DNA of 64,000 bases, taken from the NCBI GenBank assembly GCA_963796965.1, contig CAWCNS010000008.1, forward strand, positions 224,001 through 288,000, written 5' to 3'. Position 1 is the first letter of the stretch, and each line of letters opens with the position of its first letter. The DNA comes from Calditrichia bacterium. GTDB lineage: Bacteria; Calditrichota; Calditrichia; JAJRVZ01. The notes under the pieces were generated by a model. That model worked only from the letters and a program-made list of their open reading frames with translations. It had not been told where the DNA came from and searched no databases. Of the stretch, positions 41,436 through 53,646 are shown one piece after another. The position numbers and the translations under genes are program-made.

Positions 41436-42794
41436 CTATTCCATATTTTCTATACGCAATGGTAAATTAATATTTATCCAGGTTTTATAATCTCCACTAT
41501 AGCCAACTTTATCCTGCAACTTTTTCACTTTAATCAAAACATCACTCACCTTTTCTTTGGATAGAAGCGGTTGTGCCTTTAAGTTGTTCACTCGAGCTTT
41601 TCAATTTTTCTATCTGCATTTTCAATTGCTCTGTCGAAGATTTCCTGATAATCCCCCGGTTGCCAGGCCAGAAACTCATCGATTACCTGCTCCGAAACAC
41701 GTCGACCGTGTAATTGAGATTCCCGTATATTGCCCCGCCCTGTGACCGCATTCCCAAGAGCAAAAACATTATCAAATCCTTTTATCTGACCAGTATCCTG
41801 GTTCTCAATTTCGAAAAACTGGCCTGAATATGGCAGGTTAGCGATTGGCTCTGGCAAACTCCCGATGGCAGAAATAACCAAAGGGCTTTTAACTTCATAT
41901 TCACTATTTACTTTTACCTGTAGTTTACCATCAATAAATTCAGTCCTCTGAAATACCAGACCCGTTAAATTATCCCCTTCGGAGATAGCCTTGATAGGTT
42001 GATGGCAACCGGCGAAACGAAATAGGAATTTTTTTTGGACATTATCCATAATTTTTTGACGTACACGATGGGCTGTTTCTATATCTCTTTCGGTGGGATT
42101 TTCTGGAAGGCTGCTAAGAGGCATATCGGTAAGATCTCGTCTATAATAAAGTGTACATCCTTTTAACTCAAGATCATCATTTGTCAAACCTTGATCTGCC
42201 ATTATTGCCGGTATTCCTCTTTTTTCGATATCCAGAACATTGAGGATCATCCCTTTTTTTTCAAGAGATTTTCGGAAAGTTTCAATCATCAGGATTTTCG
42301 CGACATCGATTGATGCCAACCCTCCGCCAATAATTATCGCATCATCCGATACTTTGTAGTGTGGATCATCAAATCTTGGATCATGGTTTCTATTAAACCA
42401 GGAAACGAAGGCATTTTGATAATAAAACCCATTATTGATAAAATTATCAATATCCTCTATTGCCAGCGGTCTGTCCTTCCAGGCCCCTGTTGCCAGCAAT
42501 ATTGCACTGAAGCCCCATTCTTTCAGCACTGTATTAAAGTCAAGATTTGCACCCAATTTCACCATGGGAATAAAGACTAACCAGGGGGTGTGATAGTTTT
42601 TCATCAATTTTAACTTCTTCCCTGTCACGTAATTTCACATGCCATTTGGGAAGCCCATTTTCAATTTTTCCATAAGGCAGTTTATTCTGCTCAAATACGA
42701 CACAGCGTACTCCTTTTTCACAGAGTTTGCTCGCCGCTTCGGAGCCAGCCACCGCACCTCCAAAAATTGCTACCACATGTCCTGGCTCAATCAT
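41436..42794 (-). CDS. FAD/NAD(P)-dependent oxidoreductase (ferredoxin-NADP reductase / GltD-like); frameshifted
   Basis: VAIFGGAVAG, PYGKIENGLP, LLATGAW, IIGGGLASIDVA, YYRR, VISAIG, VFALGN. Confidence 0.8.
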
Positions 42795-43093
42795 TTAAAT
42801 CCTTTCCTGCATTATTATTTATATTCATACCACAGAGATGCTGCAATCAAATATTTAAAAACTTCTCTCGCGGAGACGCAAAGACGCAGAGAAAAATCTT
42901 TGCGATCTCTGCGTTAAATGAGTATATAGTTTGTAAAAACTTTGCTGAAAAACAAAATCTTTGGCTATTATAGCATAAAGTTATAGGTTAAAAGGTAAAG
43001 TTTATCATTTTCCTCTTATTACCTTATACCCTATACCCTATACCCAATATATAGTTTTCTCCTCCGCAGGCGTCTATATTTGAGACATAAGAG

Positions 43094-44575
43094 TTATTCT
43101 ACATAATGATCTATCATCCTGTTAATCGCCTGAAGACAAGCAGCACAAAAGGGTTTTATACCAGTAGAAAACATTATGCAATCCGCCTGTGATCTGTACA
43201 GACCCGTTGCAGAATATCCGGCCCCCTCAAACACACCAACTTTTTTACGATTCGGATCCTTTTCAATAACGGCATCCATTTTATCCGAGGCGGCTTTATT
43301 TTCTTTCGCATATATTTGTTCTGCTTCCCTGATAAGAACTTTTGAAGATTTTTCCCGTTTTAAGGATTCGGTTTTTAAATTGAGCGTTACCCTCAGTTTC
43401 TGCCAACTAAAGTTGATACTGTCATACTCGGATTTAAACCAGGGTGTTGGAATTGCCACATCCTCCGAAAGCAGTGAGGTCCATTTAATATTATCCGGGT
43501 CCAATAATGCTGTAATATTAGGTTCCCGGGGTTCAACCCCTTTTGGATAAAAATCTGCATAGGCAATAGGTGAACTATAATATTCATCGGCAAGACCGGT
43601 AAATGAATGTCCAAATTCATGTGTAAACAGGTATTTCATCCACTGTTCATCAAGTGTAAACGTGCAGAAAAGATTATAAATACCTCCCCCGCCATAGCGG
43701 TGATGGTTAACCATGATATAAATAGCATCATAGGGTACATGTCCCGCCAAATCCCGAACAGATTTATTATCTTCGGTGAGTACATATCTCTCTGAACCCA
43801 TTGAATTAAAGGTTGTACTCAATGTTGTCTGTTTGTAAATACCGGCACGCGGTTCATCAATGCCACTGTCCCTTGACGGTTTTAAAACCGCATAAATGTT
43901 AAAATCGAAAGCACGACTTTTATAGGGCTCCTGCTTGAAGAAAACCTGCTCACACTTTTTTCACATCCTGCTCAAATTTATCTTTTTCTTCTGATGTATA
44001 CCCATCTGCAAGGATAACAACGTCAACCTTTGTATGGGGATCACCACTCGAATGAGGATTCAATATGATAATATTTGGATCGGCGAATTCGCGCCGAATA
44101 ATTTCTGTTGCTTCAGGATTGAGAGTATCTGAGAATAGAACATGTAAATCGTTATACTTGTCCCGCCGCTCGAAAAGAGAGTATGATCTTGTCTTTTGGA
44201 TAGGGAATCAGAACCGACTCATGAAATGTTTTTTTTATACCCCTCAGAGCTGGTCCGCTGCTTTTATATTCTCCAAAATAACTGTCAAATCCCCTTGAGA
44301 AAATCATTCTTCCCGGATAGGGACATCATATATTTTTACATAATAACGACCCTGATCGAATTTATCGAGAAGATTATTTCTGCTACCAGCCCAAATACCA
44401 TATTGATAGATATGGTCCAAGGTGATCAGTCTCACTACTAGCATCACCAACATGATAATAATCAATCCGCATGGTTTTATCGATAAAGTACAGATCAAAA
44501 TCAAGTACATTCTGTGGAGAAAACAGTGAGTGGAATAATCATTAATGAAATAATCATTGTAATATTTTGTATCAT
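43094..44575 (-). CDS. Secreted M64-family (IgA peptidase-like) metallopeptidase; multiple frameshifts
   Basis: YGGGG, HEFGHSFTGLADEY, EPNIT, FEGAGY..YRS..DCIM..FCAAC; signal peptide at ATG 44575. Confidence 0.8.
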
Positions 44576-45006
44576 AAATTCCTCCATAAAATTCTTTTTA
44601 AACGCAAAGACGCAGAGGAACGCAAATTTTCGCAAAGTTATCAGTACTTCTGTTTCTCTGCGCTCTCTGCCCGCTCTGCGTTTAGATAATTTGTAATCAA
44701 AATTCAAATTCAAAAATGAGTCAGATCCAAAATAACATTCTTTGATCAGCCCTTAATCATAAGGAATATTGTATAACTCATTCGATGGAATAATGAAAAA
44801 CTATTTCTAAATTGCACATTCAAAAGTATACATAATAATTAACAGGTATTTCACGAGAATGCCAAAATATATTTATCTCTAAAATGATAGTCAAGTTGAC
44901 TCAACCCATGGAGACTATTAAATTTAGACATCACGCTGTTTATCTCCGCCTGTTATTTACTGGAAAACATTTAATAATAATATAAATCAATTAAAGTGAG
45001 GTAATC

Positions 45007-45845
45007 ATGAACAAGAAACAATTGTTTTCCATTTTATTAATCCTGAATATTTTTGTCAGCCAGGCTATTTCTCAACCTCAATATCCAACCATAAGTCCGA
45101 GAGCCAGCGTATCTCAAAAAGTTGGAATCACGGATATTACCGTTCAATATCACCGTCCTGGTGTAAAAGGTCGTTTAATTTGGGGTGAACAGGTTCCTTT
45201 CGATAAACTTTGGCAGGCTGGTGCCAACAATGCAACAACTATTGAGTTTTCAACAGAAGTCATCATTAATGGCACAAAAGTCCCTGCCGGAAAATACAGT
45301 TTTTTTATTCTCCTGGAAGAAAGCAAAAAAGCGGCAACTCTTATACTTAATAAAAATGCTAATTTGTGGTGCACTTCAGGTTATAAAGAAGAAGATGACA
45401 TATTCGTGTATCGGTTAAGCCTGAATATCTGGAACACCAGGAATGGTTAATATACACATTCACAAATATTAAGAAAGACTTCGCTAATCTGTCCATGCAC
45501 TGGGAAGATTTTTCGGTTAGTCTGCCGATCAATGTTGAAACGGATAGACTTGTTTTAGAAGGGGCGAGAAAGGCAAAAGGCTGGCGTGAGAAAATGAATG
45601 CTGCAAGGTACTGTCTTGAGAATGATGTTGCCATGGATGAAGGTGTAAAATGGATAAATGAATCAGTATCTGAAGAAAGTAATTTTTCAAATCTAAGCAT
45701 CCAAGCACAAATTCTGAAAAAAGAAGGAAATGGTGACAAGGCGATAAAAGTAATGGAAGAAGCGATTGCAAAAGGTAAAGCAAAGGAGAAAAAACCTTCT
45801 TATTTGGGCGACATGGAAGAAATGCTAAAAGAGTGGAAGAAATAG
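45007..45845 (+). CDS. DUF2911-family exported protein (frameshift near 45410)
   Basis: SPRASVSQKVG..YHRPGVKGRLIWG..VPF..WQAGANNATTI..PAGKYS, then a TPR-like tail. Confidence 0.8.
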
Positions 45846-45917
45846 AAAAGTGAATATTCAATAGACAACACGGAATAGTCAATTTAGAAGTCAAACGTCA
45901 AAAGTGAAACGTGAAAT

Positions 45918-45949
45918 GTAGGGGCAGACCGATGAGTCTGTCCTTTTTT
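45918..45949 (+). repeat. GTAG REP-like hairpin that may act as a terminator
   Basis: GTAGGGGCAGAC-CGATGA-GTCTGTCCTTTTTT. Confidence 0.5.
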
Positions 45950-46130
45950 ATTGTTGGAAATTGGGATTTCAATTGACATTTCGGTTTTGTCATTTGTAAG
46001 AGATAATTGTTTAAGTATTACAAAGCATGGCACTTGGAATTTTAATATCCAATATCCAACAGCGAATTTCCAAGCGATAAAATAATTGAACTTTGGATAT
46101 TGATCATTGAGTATTGGATATTGAATCTTT

Positions 46131-46165
46131 AAAATAAAAAACCCTCGTCTTGGGGAGACGAGGGT
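46131..46165 (-). terminator. Intrinsic terminator
   Basis: ACCCTCGTCT-5 nt-AGACGAGGGT hairpin plus T tract on the minus strand. Confidence 0.75.
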
Positions 46166-46284
46166 GGGCTTGGGAAATAGATATAAATGTGGGATGTTTA
46201 AATTAGATTATCGTAAATTCTCCCAAATACTTTAGCAATATTTTATGATTCAAATAAAAAAAGAGTTTTAATAGTATTTTAATG

Positions 46285-47154
46285 TTATTTAGATTCTGAT
46301 TGTAAGTTTTCTTCCTGATAAATTCTCATCTCAGATTCCTGATCACTTTCCAATCCCTGGACAATTTCATTTTCCAGTGAATCCCAATTGATGACTGTAA
46401 TTATATTTAATGAATCAATTATCATCATGCCTTTTTCAATCATCGGTTGAGCCAGAATCTTTAGTTTAAGCATATTTTTTCTCGCATCATCTTCATGTCC
46501 GATTGCTTCCAATTCAACCTCAATTTTTTCAAGATCTTTTTGCAGACTCTCAGCCATATTATCTATCCACACGATTCTTTTTTGTTCTTCAAGGCGGTGG
46601 AGGACTTCTTCTTTTTCCAATTTTTCCCGGACACGGCTATCTATGATAACATTTAATTGTTCATCCACCCTGTATTCCATATCCGGGGTTCTATTTATAA
46701 TCACTCTTTTTTCTCTCAATTTTTTATCCAGATCATGAACCGCCCCAAGGCGTTCATTTAATCTCTCCCATTCCTGTGGTGAGGGTTTGGGAGCATCACC
46801 TGCTGGAGATGACGGTGGAACAATAGAACTTATAGCAATTTCGATCAACGCCTCTGCTTCAATTGTGCTTAGTGTATCTTTACTATTGCTTAAATTGATG
46901 ATCGCTGCGGCAACTCTTTCAACATTTTCTGGCTTTATCTTTTTTTCTTTTACTTTTTCTTTAAAATTATCATATACAGCCGCTAATGCTTCTTTCTCAT
47001 CGTCCTGGGGAACCATTGCCATTAATTTTTCACCGAGGGCATCCAGATAAAACCCTACTCCATCCTTGGGCATTTCCTTTACAAACCAATAACTTGCCAC
47101 CGCTATAATTATACCCAGACTGAGAATTAAACCGTAATCTCTTTTTGGCTTCAT
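46285..47154 (-). CDS. Hypothetical membrane-anchored helical protein
   Basis: 289-aa ORF, one N-terminal TM helix, charged helical body. Confidence 0.7.
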   Translation of the reverse strand: MKPKRDYGLILSLGIIIAVASYWFVKEMPKDGVGFYLDALGEKLMAMVPQDDEKEALAAVYDNFKEKVKEKKIKPENVERVAAAIINLSNSKDTLSTIEAEALIEIAISSIVPPSSPAGDAPKPSPQEWERLNERLGAVHDLDKKLREKRVIINRTPDMEYRVDEQLNVIIDSRVREKLEKEEVLHRLEEQKRIVWIDNMAESLQKDLEKIEVELEAIGHEDDARKNMLKLKILAQPMIEKGMMIIDSLNIITVINWDSLENEIVQGLESDQESEMRIYQEENLQSESK

Positions 47155-47463
47155 ATTGCTCTCTGCTTTTAATTAATCCTGTATAGATATTGAAAGGATC
47201 TTTGTTAACTTTTCATGACTCCGCTATAAATTCTAACTAATTCTGCCAGAACATTCCACTTATATCGAAAGTCTCATGCATAACAACCTATCAAATGGTA
47301 ATAACGTATAATATTTTAGATTTGTTTCAGATTGCCAAAATTAATTTAAACCCGCCTAAGGGTAACTTGACAGGATCACACAATTCTTATATCTTTCTAC
47401 TAAATTAAATATTTATTAAAAGTATATTCCACCGGATTGTGACTTTTTATTGAGAGAATTGGG

Positions 47464-48222
47464 ATGACCATTCCACTACAAAGCGGACTCATTTACGGAC
47501 CTGTGAACTCCAGACGTCTTGGACGTTCCCTGGGAGTAAATATTGTATCCACTAAAATTAAAACGTGTACCCTCAACTGTGTATATTGTCAGTATGGTTT
47601 GAGACGTCTCTCTGATGAAGAATTAAACAATATTCAATGGTATCCTCCAAAACGGAAAATTACAGAAAAATTAGAAAAAGTTCTCCCCCATTTAACACCC
47701 CCACCATCCTTTTTGACATTTTCAGGAAATGGTGAAGCTACCCTACATCCTGAATTTCCGGAAATTGTTGAAGCAGTTCTTGAAATCCGTAATAAATTTG
47801 TTCCAGAAACTTCCGTCACGATCCTCTCTAATTCATCTACGGTTGGAAAACCCCGCATCAGGAAAACTTTAGCGCTGTTAGATAAAAGGATCATGAAATT
47901 AGATTGTGGAAATGAAGAAAATTTTCATCGGTATAACCAACCTATTATGAGCGTAAATTTTGATGATATTCTTCAGGGATTAGAGAAAATGGAGGATGTC
48001 ACCATACAGGCTCTATTTGCTGGTGGAAACGGGGGAAATTATAATCAAGAAAATATTGAAGACTGGCTTACAAAGATCGAAAAAATATCGCCATCGGATG
48101 TCCAGATCTACTCTCTGGACAGGCCATATCCATCAAAACTAATCTCTCCTCTCAATACGGAACAGCTGATTGAGATATGTAACCGGGTTACTGCCATGGG
48201 CATTTCCGCTCACGTTTATTAA
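47464..48222 (+). CDS. Radical SAM protein (COG0731-like)
   Basis: IYGPVNSRRLGRSLGVN, CTLNCVYC, FSGNGEATLHP, KLD, QIYSLDRP. Confidence 0.88.
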   Translation: MTIPLQSGLIYGPVNSRRLGRSLGVNIVSTKIKTCTLNCVYCQYGLRRLSDEELNNIQWYPPKRKITEKLEKVLPHLTPPPSFLTFSGNGEATLHPEFPEIVEAVLEIRNKFVPETSVTILSNSSTVGKPRIRKTLALLDKRIMKLDCGNEENFHRYNQPIMSVNFDDILQGLEKMEDVTIQALFAGGNGGNYNQENIEDWLTKIEKISPSDVQIYSLDRPYPSKLISPLNTEQLIEICNRVTAMGISAHVY

Positions 48223-48380
48223 CAACGAAAGAATAAACACAAAGACCACAAAGAATCCTAAGGAGCAATAAATACAGAATTTTGGATATGGATATTAATT
48301 ATTTGAAATCTTTGGGACCTTTGAGATCCCTCTGAGTACTTTGTGTTTCAAAAATTATCAGATTTATTAGACAGAGGATT

Positions 48381-48959
48381 TCAAGTTTTATAAAAATCCT
48401 TTTCTTTAAACTTTTGCCAGAATTGAGGCACCCTCGAAAGGGCGGACAGGGCTAATCCATGATTGAATTGTCCGGTTGCTATCATATCTCGCAAAGTCTC
48501 AAAAGAAACTTTTTCAACCAAAATGTCTTCTCCCGGATCCAAATCGGGTTCCGTTGTTTTCTCGACATTAAGAGCCAGCCAGTGATAACAAAGATTGTCA
48601 TGGAACGCAGGATTAGGTTCAATTGAGCCCAGAGAAATCCATGTAGCACTCGTATGACCGGTTTCTTCCCTTAACTCTCTCATCGCGGCTATTTTTGAGT
48701 CTTCTCCTTCATCAATAAGACCTCCAGGAATCTCCGCTGTTATTTTTTCCGTACCAAATCGATATTGCTTAACCAGCACTATTTGATTGTCCCGGGTTAT
48801 GGGGACCACATTTACCCAGGGTGGTGTCTCAAGGACCAGTCGATCCATCACTTCATTTGTCCTTGGATTTTCAGTTGTATCCCAGCGTGCCTTAAAGATT
48901 TTTAAGTCATGCGCAACATGAGAGTTAAGTTTTTTCCAATTCTTTAATGCTTTATTCAT
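48381..48959 (-). CDS. NUDIX hydrolase (ADP-ribose pyrophosphatase-like)
   Basis: LVKQYR..EIPGGLIDEGE..AAMRELREETG. Confidence 0.92.
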   Translation of the reverse strand: MNKALKNWKKLNSHVAHDLKIFKARWDTTENPRTNEVMDRLVLETPPWVNVVPITRDNQIVLVKQYRFGTEKITAEIPGGLIDEGEDSKIAAMRELREETGHTSATWISLGSIEPNPAFHDNLCYHWLALNVEKTTEPDLDPGEDILVEKVSFETLRDMIATGQFNHGLALSALSRVPQFWQKFKEKDFYKT

Positions 48960-49125
48960 ATTATTTCTTTTCTGCCTATATTAATTGAATATGGGATATG
49001 GGATATGGGATACAAATTTCAATAAGTTAAGTCAGTTCATTCTCAGGTCAAGATTTTTTTTAAAGGTTATAATACCCTTATCCAGGTATCTCAAATCTCT
49101 GATATCGAGGAGCAGGCATCCTGTA

Positions 49126-49773
49126 TCATTTGAGAATATTACCTCGTTTGTCAATTCGCCTTTCTTCACCATCTATCACAACTATAGCTTTTTCATTTTC
49201 AAAATTATATGCGACATCAAATGTGGCAGGAATGGCGATATTGCCCTGCTTATCGATATACCCCCACTTTCCGCCAAACAATTGCGTATGCTCACCTTGC
49301 AACCTGGTTGAACATGAAACACAGAAGGCAGCCAATCCCTCCGAAAAAGGTCTGACGAATTCAAACTGTGCTTTGATTTGAATTTCACCACCCGTATTTA
49401 TAAATCCGATTTTTTTATGGTCTAAATAACGGGAAAGACCTTCAATAAAATAGTCAGGGCCATTATCATAGATAAACGGTCTGCGCACTTTTTTTCCTCG
49501 GGTATCAATATACACCCACCCCGAATCATCAACCACAGGGGCAATACCATGTCCATTAAAAGACAAAGCCATCACAAATATTGTATCAATTACCAAAACA
49601 CCCTTCTCATCAGTAAAGCCCCATTTACCATTAATCTCTATAGGATTATAAGGTTGTGAATATCCTAAATTCATTTCAAAAGTGATTAAAAAAAATAAAG
49701 TCAAATATAAAAGGGCTTTAAGGAAAGCGTTACTGAGAAAATGAATGCAAGTAATTTTAAATTTTTTGGACAT
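49126..49773 (-). CDS. WG-repeat protein
   Basis: GKWGFTD, KIGFINT, FSEGLAA, GKWGYIDKQG repeats. Confidence 0.88.
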   Translation of the reverse strand: MSKKFKITCIHFLSNAFLKALLYLTLFFLITFEMNLGYSQPYNPIEINGKWGFTDEKGVLVIDTIFVMALSFNGHGIAPVVDDSGWVYIDTRGKKVRRPFIYDNGPDYFIEGLSRYLDHKKIGFINTGGEIQIKAQFEFVRPFSEGLAAFCVSCSTRLQGEHTQLFGGKWGYIDKQGNIAIPATFDVAYNFENEKAIVVIDGEERRIDKRGNILK

Positions 49774-49910
49774 AATCTTCTTTTCCAATCACTTCGCAAA
49801 TACACTATAGAAGCATAAAGACCAAGGACATTAGGGGTAACAAAAAATGTATTTTGTGCTCACAGACTCATACACCTATGCCTTGGCGAGACAAATCATT
49901 TATAATATTA

Positions 49911-50354
49911 CTAAAGAGCTAAGGATTCGTTTGCCTTTTCGGGGATCTCTATAAGAATTCGATCTTCACCGTTTTCTTTTCGTTTTTTATTGCTCCGCCA
50001 GGCCAGCAAACCAAACCATCTCACCGCAAAATAGATAATGCGACGCAAGATTGGCCCCACATCCAGCACAATCATCCCCTCGAGAAAGATCTCATCAGAT
50101 CTTTTACGGGTATAGTATTGTTTCCAATAGCAGAAATCATGTACAACTGCTGCATTGCCATATTTACCCCAACGGGGAATAATACCCCATAAAAGTCTGG
50201 GGACACTGGCAAAATCTGTTTTAAAACCCAGGGGAACACTTATCGTCTCTCCACTCCCCTCTCCACCCACATCATAACCAAAATCACTGCGAATAATCCA
50301 GCGTTTTCCATCAGACATTGGCGAAACGATCAGTATATTGGTAAAATTACTCAT
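49911..50354 (-). CDS. DUF1353-family protein
   Basis: VPLGFKTDFASVPR..AAVVHDFCY..RKRSDEIF. Confidence 0.85.
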   Translation of the reverse strand: MSNFTNILIVSPMSDGKRWIIRSDFGYDVGGEGSGETISVPLGFKTDFASVPRLLWGIIPRWGKYGNAAVVHDFCYWKQYYTRKRSDEIFLEGMIVLDVGPILRRIIYFAVRWFGLLAWRSNKKRKENGEDRILIEIPEKANESLAL

Positions 50355-50899
50355 TTTAAATACCTTCCTTCTTCAATATACGGTCTAAACCGCTCAAATA
50401 AAAAGTGATACCAAACAGATTCAATTGTCTGGGGTAATCCCTCTTCAGTTTCACCAAAGAAGTGGGCTGAGAATTTCAGGTAAGTTGAATCTGATCCAAT
50501 TGGTTCAAACTCATAGGTATACACAGATTTAACTGCTCTACCTGATAATCCCAAAGGCCCGTCAAAGCGGAAAAGTTTCCCTCGATCGGCGACAATAACC
50601 GTTGCATGCAAAACACCATCGCCGCTTTCATCGAATATTTCATAAAAACCGCCACCTGGGCGGGCCTCAATAAAAAATTTTGCGGGTTTATCAGAAAAAG
50701 AATGATCCCACCATGCACTAATATCACCTGTGATGGCATCATAAATTGTTTCCGGGGCAGCTGGAAGCAGAATAGCATGATCAATAGCGAAACAGTTGAA
50801 TGATAACTGTTTAATGCCGGCTAATAATTGGCTCTTGGATAAAGGAAATATCAATATAAACAGCAGACATACCTGAAATTTTATTTTAGATTGACACAT
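50351..50899 (-). CDS. SRPBCC/AHSA1-like ligand-binding protein
   Basis: APETIYDAIT..WW..EARPGGGF..GPLGL. Confidence 0.75.
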   Translation of the reverse strand: MCQSKIKFQVCLLFILIFPLSKSQLLAGIKQLSFNCFAIDHAILLPAAPETIYDAITGDISAWWDHSFSDKPAKFFIEARPGGGFYEIFDESGDGVLHATVIVADRGKLFRFDGPLGLSGRAVKSVYTYEFEPIGSDSTYLKFSAHFFGETEEGLPQTIESVWYHFLFERFRPYIEEGRYLK

Positions 50900-51241
50900 A
50901 ATATCCTCCTCAATTCAGAATCCGGGTTCCAATCTTTATGAATTCCAAATATTAATCAACAGGAGGGCAAGCCGCAACTTCTCATCAGAAAAAAAACTAA
51001 ATTGAATCTTATGGAATGATTTACGAATATGAATTTTTTAAATATCTGAGGGGATTAATTTAAGGATAATGGTAGTTTTGCAGGCAAGTGAAATCTTAAT
51101 ACGGTCAATATCATTCTTAATAATTTTAAGTGATCCATCATGCTTCCAAATATAATAGGTATAATTTGCATCCTGCGTATTTGGGCTACCCAGACCAACC
51201 CTTCTGGCAAAATCAGAAGGTAACTCAAGATCAAATTGGGA

Positions 51242-52693
51242 TCATATTGCCTTAAGACGCGCTAATTGCTTTTCAGCACGATTGCGAAGGAGGACGTATT
51301 GAACAGTTGCCAAGCCATTATACTTAATAAGATTTTCAAAATTCTCAATAGCGGATTTGTTGTTCTCAAGGGCCACATGTGTTATTCCGAGCCAGTACAT
51401 ACTCATTGGATCTTGTAAATCTGTTTTTTCAAATTGAGCCAGGGCCATCTCATATTCTTTACCTGAGAAGGCAATAACGCCTTTAAGCAAATTCAGGACC
51501 TTTTCCCTATTCTCATATCTATCCCCCGCAATTAAGGAGGCATAATTTTCTGAAGATTTCGTTGCCTCTTCAATGTGGCCCATCTTGGCTTCTATGTAGG
51601 TGTTATAGATATAATATACCCGCTCCAAATTATTTTTTATTTCCTGCGGTAATACAGACATTTTTAAATATTTATATCCCTCATCGACAGTTTCTTTCGC
51701 TTTATCTAATTGACCAAATTCATAATAAACCAAAGATTTCAGATAATAATTCCTGATAACACCAACACTATTTGAATTGTTAATCGATATATCCGTTATA
51801 ACATCGATTTCCTCAATTCCCTTATCAAGATTACTTTCAGCCAGATAAGCGATAGCACATCCATAATGGGCCCGCGTTACTTGATCATCGGTTACAGCAA
51901 TTTTTGATAGTCGCTTAAGCTGATTTCTGGCCTTACCAAATTCACGCATATATATAAGATTTGATGCAAGCCCAAAATGAGAGGGAGTAAAATCGGGATC
52001 AATTTCTAAGGCTTTCTGGTAGGTTTCCATTGAGACATCAAATTCACCCATCTTTAAAAGAAGTTCCGCATAAGAATCATAGGGATTAGGATCATCCGGA
52101 ATAAGGGTAATGTACTTTTTAAAGGATTCTTCAGCAGCGGGAAAATTGTTCTGATAGCGATAGGTATAGCCCATCTGATTGTAAGGTGTTGAATATTCAG
52201 GATTTATAGAAATAGCACGTTTATAATAGACCATCGATTTGTCAAATTTATGGCGTTCGAAATAAAAATTACCCAATTCACCCACAAGACGTTCATCCTT
52301 CGGGTACATCTCAACCAGCTCCTGGAGATACTTTTCACGTTTTTTTTCGTCACCATGGAAATTAGAATAGTTAGCAAGAATATAAATTCGCTCTCCTTCG
52401 GATACACCATCCGCATGAGATCTGGATCTTTCAATATAATCAAATCTTTTACTCAGATCCGGTTGAACAAATGAAAGAAAAAGCCAGGCAAGCGCAAAAG
52501 AAGAATCAAGTTCAACAGCCTTTTCAAAATAAGTTTTGGAATCTTCTAATCTGACTCTTTCAACTAAATCCCTACCTTGAAGAAAACTAGCCAATGCTTC
52601 TTCACTATTGGTTGTGATACTCATTTTATCACTACCACAACCAATAATAAGCAGGGTTCCAGCAACTATAAATGTTGTAATAATTAAACGCAT
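51242..52693 (-). CDS. TPR-repeat lipoprotein
   Basis: Lipobox IIGC; repeats such as AVELDSSFA, PDDPNPYDSYAELL, YQKALEIDPDF. Confidence 0.85.
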   Translation of the reverse strand: MRLIITTFIVAGTLLIIGCGSDKMSITTNSEEALASFLQGRDLVERVRLEDSKTYFEKAVELDSSFALAWLFLSFVQPDLSKRFDYIERSRSHADGVSEGERIYILANYSNFHGDEKKREKYLQELVEMYPKDERLVGELGNFYFERHKFDKSMVYYKRAISINPEYSTPYNQMGYTYRYQNNFPAAEESFKKYITLIPDDPNPYDSYAELLLKMGEFDVSMETYQKALEIDPDFTPSHFGLASNLIYMREFGKARNQLKRLSKIAVTDDQVTRAHYGCAIAYLAESNLDKGIEEIDVITDISINNSNSVGVIRNYYLKSLVYYEFGQLDKAKETVDEGYKYLKMSVLPQEIKNNLERVYYIYNTYIEAKMGHIEEATKSSENYASLIAGDRYENREKVLNLLKGVIAFSGKEYEMALAQFEKTDLQDPMSMYWLGITHVALENNKSAIENFENLIKYNGLATVQYVLLRNRAEKQLARLKAI

Positions 52694-52917
52694 ATTTTCT
52701 TACATCCCGATTCTTTAAAAATCATTCATTCTTAGTTCTAATTGGAAATACGTCTACAACTCGGACATAGTTCCAATTTAATATATATCTTTTTGAATAT
52801 GAGAAGCCAGGTCCATATACTGATTACAAAAACGCAATTAGTTACGTTTTTATATACCAATAGGTACTCTACGTAAGAATTCTGAAAAAGATTCAAAAAA
52901 TAAAATAATTAATATTT

Positions 52918-53646
52918 TTATAAAATTGTGTGGATCAATAGAAGGGTTCCCGAAAGAAATGAAAATATTAAAATGGCCGGACGTATAAAGCCACGATCCA
53001 ATATCTTGGCTGTAAATTTTGAAAAATAGAATCCTGTTAAAATACCCGGCAAAAGCAATATGGCAAGATTTACTTCAAATACACCAAATCGGTCAACCAT
53101 GATTAAAAATACGATGGCAATTATGGAACCAACCAGAAAAATGCCAGAAAGAGTTCCGCGTAATTCCGGCCCTGAAAAGTGCTGGTAAATCATCGCCAGC
53201 GGAGGGCCACCTATTGCAGAAGTTGTAGCCATTACGCCTGACAAAGTACCAACACCGAGAAGATTTCGATTTGTTAATTCCAGGTGAAAACCTGATATAC
53301 TAAGCGCAACCCCAATAAGTACCATAATGGCAAAAAGAAGTGTGAGATGTGTCTGAGGTATAATTATAAGGAGTCCAGCGCCTAAAAATGATCCGAAGAA
53401 CCTTCCGACTAGGGCATGCTTAAGTCCCTTAAACTGTATAGAGCTATGTTCACGAAAGGCGAGGAGTAAGGTTAGTAGGACCGCGGCCAGAATTAATGGT
53501 CCGGGTAAATAACGAGGGTCGAAAAAGGCAAGTAAGGGGACAGCAACAAACCCAAGCCCAAATCCAACTGATCCCTGCAAGGTTGCCCCCATCGTTGATA
53601 TCAAAAATATAATAAGGTAATAGGTTCCGTCACCAGGCCAATCCAT
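52918..53646 (-). CDS. TauE/SafE-family sulfite exporter
   Basis: QGSVGFGLG..P, IGGPP, about 8 TM helices. Confidence 0.85.
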   Translation of the reverse strand: MDWPGDGTYYLIIFLISTMGATLQGSVGFGLGFVAVPLLAFFDPRYLPGPLILAAVLLTLLLAFREHSSIQFKGLKHALVGRFFGSFLGAGLLIIIPQTHLTLLFAIMVLIGVALSISGFHLELTNRNLLGVGTLSGVMATTSAIGGPPLAMIYQHFSGPELRGTLSGIFLVGSIIAIVFLIMVDRFGVFEVNLAILLLPGILTGFYFSKFTAKILDRGFIRPAILIFSFLSGTLLLIHTIL

